DNA of 64,000 nt, taken from NCBI GenBank assembly GCA_028284545.1, contig JANQRN010000087.1:6082-70081 (forward strand). The letters are read 5' to 3'. Position numbers and translations under genes: made by a program. The notes under the pieces are model-generated. The model was not told the origin of the DNA. It worked only from the letters and a program-made list of their open reading frames with translations, and did no database searches. The stretch comes from Rhodothermales bacterium. GTDB lineage: Bacteria > Bacteroidota > Rhodothermia > Rhodothermales > JABDKH01. Below are positions 1 through 9,900 of this stretch, in pieces (positions within the stretch are counted from its first letter, which is position 1; every line of letters starts with the position of its first letter).

Positions 1-18
1 TCGCGGCACATATCTCGG

Positions 19-2196
19 CTACTGGAGGGCCCTCATGATCTCAGCCGCCCGCTGGTTGGACGGCTCGAGCTGCAACACTGTCTGCGCCTGAGCCTGCGCC
101 CGCCCAGGTTGGTTTACCTGGAAGTAGGCAACAGCGAGATTAAGTCTCGCCTGGATGTAGTCCGGAGCAATCGCAATGGCGGTCTCGAATAGAGGAACAG
201 CCTCAGAAGCTCGTCCCTGTCCGAGATAAAAAGTCGCCAGGTTGGCATTCGCCACGGCACTACCCGGAGTAGCGTCGAGCGCGGCCTCGAACATCTCGAG
301 TGCCGCCTCAGTTCGACCCGCAGACGCGTGCAGCAGTCCGAGGTTGCCGAGTGCTTCGCTGTAGTCGGGCTTGAGTTGTACTGCCTCCTCAAGTGCCACG
401 CGGGCCGCGCGGCTTTCGCCTTTGCGGAGAAGAGCCGTACCGAGATTGTAGAATGCCGTCGCGAACGTCGGGGACTCGCGGGCCGCTTCGCGATACTGTT
501 CCAGCGCTTCGTCGAGGCGGCTATTGGTCTCCAGAAACCGACCAAAGTTGATTCGGATGTCAGCTGCCGCCGGCTGGACCCCGATCGCCTCGCGGTAGCG
601 CGACTCAATCTCAACAACGTCTCCTTCGACGGCCTCCAGCGCCTGGGCCAGGGCATTCAGGCGCTCCGGCACACCGGGTTCAATTTGCAGGGACTCCTCA
701 ATAGGATCGATGGCAGCATTTGCGTCCCCCATGGCCATCTCGACCCATCCGAGCAACGCCCACGCTTCGGCGTAGCTCCCGCGGCGACTCGCCAGCTCGC
801 GTCTGAGAAGACTTCTCCCACGCGCAAGAGACGTCGAATCTGCCCGCTGTCGCCCCTGCACGACGTACGCCATGCCTCGATACAGTTGCTCGTCGTCGCG
901 ATCTGCGTCGGTGGCGAAGTACGGCTGGAGCTCCAGAGCGTGAGATGCTACCGGGACAATGCGTTGGTCAGGTTGCTCAGCGGTGCCATTTCCGACAACG
1001 CGAACCCAGTGGTCCGTGAACGACGCGTGCGTTACATCAGAGGCTTGGACCTTGGGCATGTGGCAGCTAGAACAGCTCGCGCCATCTTCGTGCGTCGCGC
1101 GCGCCTCGCTCTCGACTTCGAAACGAGCAAGAAGCGACTGAGCTGGATGACATGAGGTACACGCCGCATCGAAGTAGGACTCACCAACTGACCGAAAGCC
1201 CTGATGGGGGTCGTGGCACGTGGTGCACGTCATCGGCGTCGCAGTGTCCAGGGAGCCGACAAAGCAGGCGCTTCGCTGCATCCGATCAGCATGCGAGATC
1301 ACGTCGATGGTCTCAGCGTCCTCTTCTTCTGCCTCCGTATAGTACAGAGACAAATGGTCGTCCAATGGTAGCCCAGGTCTGAACGCAAACGGCCCCTTGC
1401 CGTCGCGCAGCAGGGAAACGGTGGTCTGCAGGTGGCACTGCTGACATACGTCCAGCTGTCGATCCAGCGCAAGATCTTCCGGGTTGACGATCGTATAGTC
1501 GATGGAGTCAGGGGCATCCTCGTCCACCAGTCGTTCGTCAGCATGGATTGATCCAGGGCCATGACACCGCTCGCATCCGATACCTTCGGGGACCGCCGCG
1601 TACTTGCCCGGGACGAAAGGGACCGACTCGGGATAGGCGTTGTGGCACGCCATGCACCTGTCCGGTATCGCACGATCAAATCGCTTGTTCTGGACTTCGT
1701 AACCCGGACTGAAGTCCCAACGCGATTTCTGCGTGTACCACGTCAGGGGCATTTGAAACAGCCGCCCCTCAACATCTGAGATGTATGTTCGCGCAGCGGT
1801 ACCGCTTCCCACCACAAAGTCCATGCTCCGCAGAAGCTGATGGGTCTTCTGTCCCGAGCCATCAACGCGATATTCTTCCTGGAAGAAGCCGCTGTCTGTT
1901 CGAACAGGCCGATAGAACCACCCACTAACCGGATGTCGAATCGCGTCGACCTCGAAGTCTTCTACCACGTTGTCACCGGTCAGGCGGTAGTACGCGTTTG
2001 CCATTCCGTGCGACTGGAAGCCAGACCACTCGTCTTCGTGACACGATGCACACACGGCGTCGCCCGTGAACTCAGCTGCCCCTTCTACGACGTTTCGGTA
2101 CGGTGACAAAAGTTCGGTCTGGGAAGTGTCGGGGCTACCGCACCCCACACATAATGCGGCGACGAAGAAGACCGCGATGTAGCGACTGAGTGGCAT
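19..2196 (-). CDS. Multiheme c-type cytochrome (7 CxxCH) fused to a C-terminal TPR domain, probable lipoprotein
   Basis: ORF 19..2211 starts at a TTG. The first ATG, at 2196, gives MPLSRYIAVFFVAALCVGCGS, a lipobox-type signal. Seven heme motifs are present: CASCH, CMACH, CERCH, CQQCH, CTTCH, CTSCH, CSSCH. The last ~280 aa are TPR-like repeats (AFYNLGTALLRKG, ALGNLGLLHASAG, ARLNLAVAYFQ). Confidence 0.8.
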   Translation of the reverse strand: MPLSRYIAVFFVAALCVGCGSPDTSQTELLSPYRNVVEGAAEFTGDAVCASCHEDEWSGFQSHGMANAYYRLTGDNVVEDFEVDAIRHPVSGWFYRPVRTDSGFFQEEYRVDGSGQKTHQLLRSMDFVVGSGTAARTYISDVEGRLFQMPLTWYTQKSRWDFSPGYEVQNKRFDRAIPDRCMACHNAYPESVPFVPGKYAAVPEGIGCERCHGPGSIHADERLVDEDAPDSIDYTIVNPEDLALDRQLDVCQQCHLQTTVSLLRDGKGPFAFRPGLPLDDHLSLYYTEAEEEDAETIDVISHADRMQRSACFVGSLDTATPMTCTTCHDPHQGFRSVGESYFDAACTSCHPAQSLLARFEVESEARATHEDGASCSSCHMPKVQASDVTHASFTDHWVRVVGNGTAEQPDQRIVPVASHALELQPYFATDADRDDEQLYRGMAYVVQGRQRADSTSLARGRSLLRRELASRRGSYAEAWALLGWVEMAMGDANAAIDPIEESLQIEPGVPERLNALAQALEAVEGDVVEIESRYREAIGVQPAAADIRINFGRFLETNSRLDEALEQYREAARESPTFATAFYNLGTALLRKGESRAARVALEEAVQLKPDYSEALGNLGLLHASAGRTEAALEMFEAALDATPGSAVANANLATFYLGQGRASEAVPLFETAIAIAPDYIQARLNLAVAYFQVNQPGRAQAQAQTVLQLEPSNQRAAEIMRALQ

Positions 2197-2213
2197 CTGG
2201 CCGAAGCACAAAG

Positions 2214-2248
2214 AAAAAGGGGAGCGAGTAACACTCGCCCCCCTTTTT
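2214..2248. terminator. Bidirectional rho-independent terminator-like hairpin after the PorV-like gene
   Basis: Sequence aaaaa-GGGGAGCGAG-taaca-CTCGCCCCCC-ttttt. The stem is 9 bp with one mismatch, flanked by an A-run on one side and a T-run on the other. It lies 25 nt downstream of the stop at 2273. Confidence 0.6.
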
Positions 2249-2272
2249 CGGGTTCCAAACTGTACTAGCTAC

Positions 2273-3325
2273 TTACAGCGTTACCGATGCAGTGATGTAC
2301 TGCACAGCGTCGAAGAAGTCTGCTGGCACATAGGCGTAGTCAACCGCGATGCGGTTGGCGCCCAGCGGGATGTTCAGGCCGGCTCCAAACGTTGCTCCCG
2401 TGAAGAAGCTCAGATCGGAATCTTCCTGCAGCTGGTATCCACCACGGACATACACGATGTCCTGGAAGCCAAGCTCGAGGCCACCTGAGTACTGGTCCTG
2501 CTCAAACGAGTTAGAGCGGAAGTTACCCATGACGGTCACAGAGCCTTGCGTTCCGAGGTCGCGAGTGTACGCCATCCCGAAGTTCAGGAGTGAAGGTAGC
2601 TGAGCTCCTTCGCTCTCGAGCGCAACGGCGTTAGACGTCGCGACGGGATTCTGGTCTGGGAGTTGCACCTGACGAATAAGGCCCGTTCCTGCGTACTGCA
2701 GTTCGTTGCCGATGTTCTTCAAGCTGACGCCCATGCGGAGACCGGTTTCACCTACGGTGTACGTCATGCCGGCGTCGAACGCGATTGCAGAGCCACTGAC
2801 GTCGTCAATTGTCTCGTTGATCGCTTTCAACGTCACACCTGCCGCGATACGGTCGGTGAGCTGACGTGCGTAGCTGAAGCCCGCTGTGATGAAAGAAGCG
2901 TTGTAGGTCACGCTCGAGATCTCCGGAGACGTTTCCGTTTGAAGCGGAATATCACCAAAGTCCCATGCCGACACCGTCAACGCGATGTTGTTGTTTCCCA
3001 GACGCTGCGCGAAACCGAAGAAGTTTACTCCGATGTCGGCAACGTACTCCATGCGACTGAACATGGCCGCGGTGCCACCATTGACACTTAGACCTGCCGG
3101 GTTGTTGTACAGCGCCTCCAACCCGTTCATGTTGTTCAATCCACTCGTGGTGTTGTTTCCGAGTGCGGTGTTCCGGGCCGTCAGCGGCACAAGCAGCTGG
3201 GCGGCACCGGCTGTACCGGCTCGATCGCTCTTCTGAGCTGCGACGTCCTGCACACCTAGGAAGACCACTGCAATGGCCATGACCCAGGCTGCCGCACGTC
3301 GGCTCATACGAATCGTCGTGTTCAT
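2273..3325 (-). CDS. PorV/PorQ-family outer-membrane beta-barrel protein (T9SS-associated)
   Basis: The in-frame ATG at 3325 gives MNTTIRMSRRAAAWVMAIAVVFLGVQDVAAQ, a signal peptide. The segment LLVPLTARNTALGNN...LEALYNNPAGLS matches the ARxLGMGG...NPAGL signature I associate with PorV/PorQ barrels. The rest shows an alternating beta-strand pattern. Confidence 0.7.
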   Translation of the reverse strand: MNTTIRMSRRAAAWVMAIAVVFLGVQDVAAQKSDRAGTAGAAQLLVPLTARNTALGNNTTSGLNNMNGLEALYNNPAGLSVNGGTAAMFSRMEYVADIGVNFFGFAQRLGNNNIALTVSAWDFGDIPLQTETSPEISSVTYNASFITAGFSYARQLTDRIAAGVTLKAINETIDDVSGSAIAFDAGMTYTVGETGLRMGVSLKNIGNELQYAGTGLIRQVQLPDQNPVATSNAVALESEGAQLPSLLNFGMAYTRDLGTQGSVTVMGNFRSNSFEQDQYSGGLELGFQDIVYVRGGYQLQEDSDLSFFTGATFGAGLNIPLGANRIAVDYAYVPADFFDAVQYITASVTL

Positions 3326-3377
3326 AACTAAAGCCTTTTGTCTAATCACGTGAGTACCTCTCGTTGCCATTGCTGGA

Positions 3378-6300
3378 CTAGAACGTGTTGAGCTGGATTC
3401 GCTTCTTAACGACTCCAAACTTCATTACGTGTTCGCCCACGCCAGGTACGTCAACGTGGATTAGGTACATACCGCTCGCTAGTGGAAGCAGGTTGTCTGT
3501 CACAAGGTCCCAAGTGATAGACCGGTTACCCGGGCTGTTCTTCTCGAGAGTCTTGAGCAGCGTTCCATTCAGTGAGAACACCCGGATCGTTGCCACGTCG
3601 GGCAGGTTCGTAAACCGAACTTCGTCCGTCAGCTGGCTGACCTCGTATGAGGAAGCGCCTTTGTACGGGTTCGGAACGATACCGATGTCTTCGAGACGTT
3701 CCTGCTGAACTTCCAGGCTGGCTGAAGCAGCGTCAAGACCGGCGGTCGAGAACGAGTGGATGTCGCCAGGCTGATTCGGCTTGTTGGTCTCGATCCGGAA
3801 CACCGTGCCTTCCTCTGGGAGGTCAGCATCAAATGGTCCCGGGAAGGCCCCACCGTTCCAGTTCATCAGGACTGTACGGGCCATCACTTCGTGGTTCCAA
3901 CCCTCGGTGCCTGCGAAGAAGTTATCGTAACCGGTCTGGCCAGGTGTAAGCGTCTCAGGCTCGCCCCAGTAGATCCAGTCCGTGTACGGGTCATTCACAC
4001 CACCCGAGGCACCGTGGTCACCACCGATGTCGTAGTTCAAGACAGCGCGTCCGGTCTCGGTGTATGCCAGCGAGTCTCCTGTGATACAGGCGACCTCGCA
4101 CATACCGGGGACCAAACGAACGTCATCAGACGGATCGTCGGGCGTGGAGACGCCAGTTCTCCACAACTCGAACGGCACATTGACCACGGCTCCGTCTTCG
4201 AAGCGACGATACGCGAGACCGCCCGCTGCGGTGAATCGCATTTCGTAGTCAAAGATGCTGATGAAGTCGAAGTTGCTGCCACGAGCGACACGCGAGATCC
4301 AGGTTGCGAACGGACCTTCAGCACCACCACCTGCGGTGAAGCCCCAGGTAGAGCCGTTGGTCTGCTGCGCAGACGTCGGGCGGTCACCCGTAGTCGGATG
4401 CGGGTAGCCCCAACCGTTGAACGCGAACGCTGCGTAGTCAGGTGGATCGATAGCGCCAGCGGCGTTCTGAACGGCCAAGAAGTTCTTGAAGCCTGTTTCA
4501 GGACCCTGAACGCTGAACTCCAGCCCGTCGACGACGAACACGTTCGCCCGCTGTGGAGCTGCTGAACCGCTTGCTGAGCCGTCAAACACCTTCTCGGTAC
4601 CGCAGAACACGTCGTACGTGATCTCGCCCGCGGCGGACTTACCAGCGGCGTTGGCCAGTTCGTCTGCGAACTGCGCGTCTACGGCCTGCTTCTCCTCTTC
4701 AGTGACGGCGACTTCGCGCGCCCCCGCTTTTCCGGCCAGCTCGTAGAACTCGACGCGGTATTCGCAGTTGCGGATTGCGCCTGGGTTGACGATGTCAACC
4801 GTAACGGATCCATCACCAATACCAGTCTTAACTGCCGTGATGTCAGGCTCGTTGCGATTCGCAGCTGCCTCGATCGACGCGTCAGACAGTACAGCTGACG
4901 ACTTGGCCGGGACAACCTCGAAACGAGTTGGAGGAGAATAGAACGCCTTAGGAATCGAACCCTGGTTGTACGCATAGGAGCGCACACCAAAGTAGTAGGT
5001 CTGATAGTTCGTCAGACCGCCGATGACGTGCGCATGCTGCAAGCCACCGTCGTTTCCGTTCGTCGTGATCTCGGTGAGTCCGTCCTCGTCAACATCATCG
5101 ATGATGGTCGTGATACCGTTGGCGAGGTCAAACGTCGCAATCACTTCACCCGTTTGGTCCTGCAGACTGCTGTACTGAACAACTTCGTAGCCTTCAAACT
5201 CATAGAAAGGCTGGTCAGGATCTCCTAGCGGGTTGAACTCGCGATAGGAGTCGAGGAAGTTGTTCGACACTGCTGAGTTCGTCCACTCGATCGCGACCTG
5301 CCGGTCAAGGGCAGTCACGGTGACCTGTGGAGCGTCGGGAGGTGTTGGCAGCTTGAAGTTGGCGTCGAAGGCTGCCTGCGCGCGACGGTCCGCGGCGAAC
5401 ATCTTCGTTACCGAGTTCAGGTTGTCGGTACCCCTTGCCCAGACGAGGCCAAAGACGATCTCCTGCTGGTCATTTGGGTTGATCGTGAACGGACCAGTGG
5501 ACATCGCGAAACGGCGGTCAGCAGGCGGATTTGCGTTGCCGTTGCCGTCAGCGTTGAACTCTGACCAGAATTCACCCGTCGTCGGGTCGGTCGGGAACAT
5601 GAAGTTCGTTTCCGGAAGACCCTCCGTTGAACCAGTGTCGCCGTATGTCCAGCGCTGACCATTCTTCCAGCGACCGGACATGTAGCCGTAGTAGTCGGAC
5701 CCGATTCCCGGGTCACCAAATGGACCTCCTGCATTGTTGTAGAATGCGAAGTAGGTCATCGGCAGGTTCCGGAAGTCAGGAACCGTCCTACCAGACACCG
5801 TCGCGGTATCGCCTACAGACGGTACGATCGGACCCTGGAAGAAGTCATACCCGGCAGCTGGCGGTGCGGGGCCGTAGCCACCACTACCTTCATCGTCGTC
5901 ATCTGCGTTGTAGACGTACCCGAGACCAAGCGTAGAATCTGAGCCGACGTAGTCGTCGTCAAAGTTTCCAAGGTCTGGATCAGAGAAGATCCCCATGAAG
6001 GCGTCTTCGAGTGGTACGTCACCGCGGTAGAACACGTTGTACTTGTAGAACGTCGTGTTACCGATGTCACCTGCCTGGTTGAAGGCAAATGCCGTGGCAT
6101 GCACTTCGATCCCGATCGGAGGTGTCTCCGTTTCGTTGTGCGTGTTCCCACGGTCGTTCATGATCCACCAGAGCGTCTGGTCACCAGTGATCTCGGGGCG
6201 CTCTCCGCCGGCCAGATCGACGACCCTGCTGATGCGCTGAGAGAGAGGAAGCTGCAGAACTTCTGCCGTAATGCTTCGCATCTCACCGGCTTCGTCGATG

Positions 6301-6827
6301 TCACCGTCTTCGTCGTTGTCGATGCCATCGCCTTCAGCCGGAGCAAGCGTCGGTGCGCCGAGGCCAGTTGGCCAGCTTGCCATGTCGGGTGGTGCCGAGG
6401 CTCCACCTTCAAACGCAACGACGTCCGCACGATTGACTTTCCACACTTTGTCGTAGATCGAGCAATCAGACGGAGGGTTGCCGTTGTCGTCAAGTGGGCC
6501 TGTCCACAGCTCGTAGTTGCCGTAGCGTGCAGCCGCCGCCCGGAGGTTGCCGTCAACGAGACCTGCAAACCAAACACCCGAGACGAAGATTGCCTGGGCG
6601 CCACCGCCCTTAGGAACCTCGTAGACGTGGGGGCTACCGCGCCAGAACAGGTTACCATTGTTGAGGATTCGTGCCCTGACGTTGTTCACGTCCAGGAACG
6701 CTTCCCCTGTCGGTGACGTGCAGCTGCCCGTTTGCGCCACGACCTCTGGGGCAAAGCCCAGCATGACCGCAATCGCAAGCAGCGCGCCTCGCCGACTGAG
6801 TTCTTTGATGTTATAGCTCATTGTCAT
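3378..6827 (-). CDS. Large secreted surface protein with FN3-like segment and type-A T9SS C-terminal sorting domain
   Basis: The ATGs at 6827 and 6821 precede a signal peptide (RRGALLAIAVMLGFAPEVVAQ). There is an acidic Ca-binding-like loop (GDGIDNDEDGDIDE) and an FN3-like block (PDAPQVTVTALDRQVAIEWT...YYFGVRSYAYN). The C-terminus is IVPNPYKG...IRVFSLNGTLL...GMYLIHVDV...KFGVVKK, typical of a T9SS CTD. Confidence 0.75.
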   Translation of the reverse strand: MTMSYNIKELSRRGALLAIAVMLGFAPEVVAQTGSCTSPTGEAFLDVNNVRARILNNGNLFWRGSPHVYEVPKGGGAQAIFVSGVWFAGLVDGNLRAAAARYGNYELWTGPLDDNGNPPSDCSIYDKVWKVNRADVVAFEGGASAPPDMASWPTGLGAPTLAPAEGDGIDNDEDGDIDEAGEMRSITAEVLQLPLSQRISRVVDLAGGERPEITGDQTLWWIMNDRGNTHNETETPPIGIEVHATAFAFNQAGDIGNTTFYKYNVFYRGDVPLEDAFMGIFSDPDLGNFDDDYVGSDSTLGLGYVYNADDDDEGSGGYGPAPPAAGYDFFQGPIVPSVGDTATVSGRTVPDFRNLPMTYFAFYNNAGGPFGDPGIGSDYYGYMSGRWKNGQRWTYGDTGSTEGLPETNFMFPTDPTTGEFWSEFNADGNGNANPPADRRFAMSTGPFTINPNDQQEIVFGLVWARGTDNLNSVTKMFAADRRAQAAFDANFKLPTPPDAPQVTVTALDRQVAIEWTNSAVSNNFLDSYREFNPLGDPDQPFYEFEGYEVVQYSSLQDQTGEVIATFDLANGITTIIDDVDEDGLTEITTNGNDGGLQHAHVIGGLTNYQTYYFGVRSYAYNQGSIPKAFYSPPTRFEVVPAKSSAVLSDASIEAAANRNEPDITAVKTGIGDGSVTVDIVNPGAIRNCEYRVEFYELAGKAGAREVAVTEEEKQAVDAQFADELANAAGKSAAGEITYDVFCGTEKVFDGSASGSAAPQRANVFVVDGLEFSVQGPETGFKNFLAVQNAAGAIDPPDYAAFAFNGWGYPHPTTGDRPTSAQQTNGSTWGFTAGGGAEGPFATWISRVARGSNFDFISIFDYEMRFTAAGGLAYRRFEDGAVVNVPFELWRTGVSTPDDPSDDVRLVPGMCEVACITGDSLAYTETGRAVLNYDIGGDHGASGGVNDPYTDWIYWGEPETLTPGQTGYDNFFAGTEGWNHEVMARTVLMNWNGGAFPGPFDADLPEEGTVFRIETNKPNQPGDIHSFSTAGLDAASASLEVQQERLEDIGIVPNPYKGASSYEVSQLTDEVRFTNLPDVATIRVFSLNGTLLKTLEKNSPGNRSITWDLVTDNLLPLASGMYLIHVDVPGVGEHVMKFGVVKKRIQLNTF

Positions 6828-6867
6828 TGGTGTGCTATCCAAAATGATATTAACAGGCAGGTGTAGC

Positions 6868-6891
6868 GGAGCCGCCGTTGCCGGCGACTCC
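6868..6891 (-). other. Intercistronic GC-rich stem-loop between the TonB receptor and the T9SS cargo gene
   Basis: The plus strand reads GGAGCCGCCG-ttgc-CGGCGACTCC, a 9-bp stem with one mismatch. No U-tract follows on the coding (minus) strand. Confidence 0.5.
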
Positions 6892-6908
6892 GTTAACCAG
6901 AGACCTGA

Positions 6909-9900
6909 CTAGAAATCGAGTCGGAGTCCCAGGCGCGTCTGCCTCGGAATACCATAGTTGCCCGGCAGGTTGGTCCGGTTGCGGTACAGCGTTTCGAACA
7001 CATCCGGGTTAGCAGCGAGTGCCTGCTGACCAGCCAGCGTCGACAGATAACCGTCGTCGTCGGCCAGGCCGGTTCCGCGCCATACGTTCTGGATGTTGTC
7101 TGAGTTCAGAACGTTCTGGACCCAGAGGAATGCAGTCACGTTGGCGTTGCCCCTGATGTTGAAGCGACGATCAAGCTTCAGGTCGACGCGGCTCGAAGAC
7201 GGCATGCGGTTTGAGTTGATACCACCTGCAGGCAGCGGAGCGCGGCTAACCGTAAGCGGGAAGAGGTCGCTGTTTGCCGTGTACGGGAAGCCTGAGCCAG
7301 CGGTCACGAGCAAGTTCACCCCGAAGTTCTCCAGGATGTTCGCACCACCGATGCTTGGACCCTCGCCCGCTCCTAGACGGTAGTCCAGGGAGGCGTTGAT
7401 CTTGTGTCGCTGGTCGAAGCTCAGCGGGCTGATGAAGTTTGGAGGAGTCTCATCAATCCACGTGATCGTACTGGTCGTGTTCGAGCCCGAGCCCGTGCCA
7501 TCAGCAAACGACAGCGTGTAGTTCAGGTTGGCTGCAAGACCGCTCGTGCGGCGCATGTCAAACCCAAACTCCATTCCCTTCACCGTGCCGAAGTCCACAT
7601 TCTCCCACGTCAGATAGGCGTTCGGGAATGCGATGAACTGGTCACGGCGCTGGATCAGGTTGTCGATCTGCTGGAAGAAACCAGAGATCGTCAGCGCTGA
7701 ACGATCGCCGAGTCGCTGACGGAAGCCAAGTTCGTACTTGGTTGTCCGCTCAGGCTCGAGGTTCGTGTTGCTGATGCTACCCGTTCCGCGGAAGCCGCTC
7801 AACGACTGGAAGCTGTTCGTGGACGGACGCTGTGTTACAACGCCGTAGCTGGCGAAGAACAACGCGCGGTCAGTCACAGGGAAGCTCACACCAATTCGAG
7901 GCATGAACGTCACCTGCGGCTCGTAGTCCTCAAACATCGAGTCGTTGATCCTCGAGTCCGTCTGGATCGGGGCACCATTCAGCAGAATGTCTGCTGCCTG
8001 CACCTGCTCACCATTCGTCGAGTAGAAACGACCATCGAGGTCACGATAGCCAATGACTTCCTCAGCATCGTTGAAGTACACGGCGTAGTCGCCGCCAACG
8101 TTCGACGGGCGACCGGAGATCTCGTCTGCGCGGCGGATCGGCCGACGGGCAAACCTGTCCTTGAGGACACGCATGTTGTTGTCAAAGACATCAACACGGA
8201 GACCCATGTTCAGAACGATGTCGCGGAATTCGATTTTGTCCTGAACGTAACCGCCGTAGTAGATCGGCTGATACGGAGCTTCGTTGTACGCAGACGTCGG
8301 CTTCGTATTGTCCTCGAGGACAAACTGGGCGATGTCTTCGGTATCAACTTCCGAGTCTCCGCGTAGGTCGTAGCCGTAGCCGCTGGCGAAGTTGTCGATC
8401 AGGAAGTCTGGAATCTCGTCGTACGTATTCCATCCGTTCGGATTCTGCAGTGGATCGTTCGGGTCAATGTCTTCTGCATTGCCGTCGTTGATCAGACCTG
8501 CGAGACGTGACGCGTTAATTGAGAACGCGCGGAACGTACGGGTTTCGTATTCCCCACCGAACTCCAGCTGGTTGATTCCGATCTGCGTCGTTGCGGCGCC
8601 GGTCAAGCGGAACTGCGTACGGGCAGACTTCGAATAGCCAAGCGGGCGACCGCCAGGAATCGAGACGAGGTTCAGCAGAACGTTCGCAGTTGGCGCGTCG
8701 CTGTCGCCGTAGGAGTTCGAGAACGTCGGGACGTCGACCATGATGGTGTCGGTGCCATTGATTCTCATTTCCTCAACGAGGAGCGGCGAGTCTTTGAAGC
8801 CGCGAAGCGTTGCCCAGTGTTCCTGGCCGTCGATGTCACCGTAATTGAGCCAGTCAGCCGGCTGGTTGCCGAAGACCGGGTCATACGTTTCGGTGAAGTA
8901 GTCGGTGTAGTCAGCCTGCAGCTGGTAGAACGTAGACCCCGAGAGGTGCTGCGTCCATGTACCGAAGAGCTGATACTCGTCACGCTCGGTCAGGTTGGTG
9001 TTGAACGGGTTGAACAGGATGTTGGACTGGAAGAGTCCGTCCCATTCGCCCGTGTTGTACCGACCACCGAGGCGAAGTCGACCTTGATCGAACAGCGAGA
9101 CCTGGATGTTACCTGAAACCGACAGGTTCTGGCGCGAGTTGCCCAGCGCCGCGTCGTTACGCTCGAAGACGTCGGGGTCGAGTAGCGACGCACGCTGTAC
9201 TGGGTTCAGGTTGAGCGTCTCAATATCGACTCCTTCTGGAACGGCGATCGTTGTGCCGTCTGTGAAGGAAATCGCGTTGTTTTCGACGATCGTGTGTCCA
9301 TCGTCATCAACAACCAGCTTTGCACCGTCAGCGAGAGTAGCGGGAATCGGGAGGTATAGGTTCCCGCCTTCAGGGTTATCAACGCGGAATGCCTGAGGGG
9401 CGGCCAGGAGATCATTCCGAATTGACTCTGGTACCTGGAGCTGACCAATCGCGCGTGGACTGTCGTCCAGCTGGTCGAGGTATTCCGCGGCCAGGAAGAA
9501 GTTCAACTTGTCGCCGCCGATCGGACCACCAACGGTTCCTGACAACAGGTTGTAACCGTAGGCGTCGAGAGCCTCAGAAGTGATGCCCTCAACCGAGCCG
9601 AAGAATTTGCTCGAGCCTGACTTCGTCGTGATGTTGATGATCCCAGACATCGCGTCGCCGTATCGCGCCGAGATGCTACCGATCATGATTTCCTGTTCCT
9701 GGATCGCTGACTGCGGGATCGATGTCGTACCGATCACCTTAACACCATCGATGTAGTAGGAGACCTCGCTCCCACGACCACCGCGGATGTTCAGCGTGCT
9801 GGAACCCTCTTCACTAACGACACCGGCCTGAATCTTCGCGACCTCAGCAGCACCACGAACCGGAAGGTTCACGATCTGCTCAGCGTCGACGATCTTCGGC

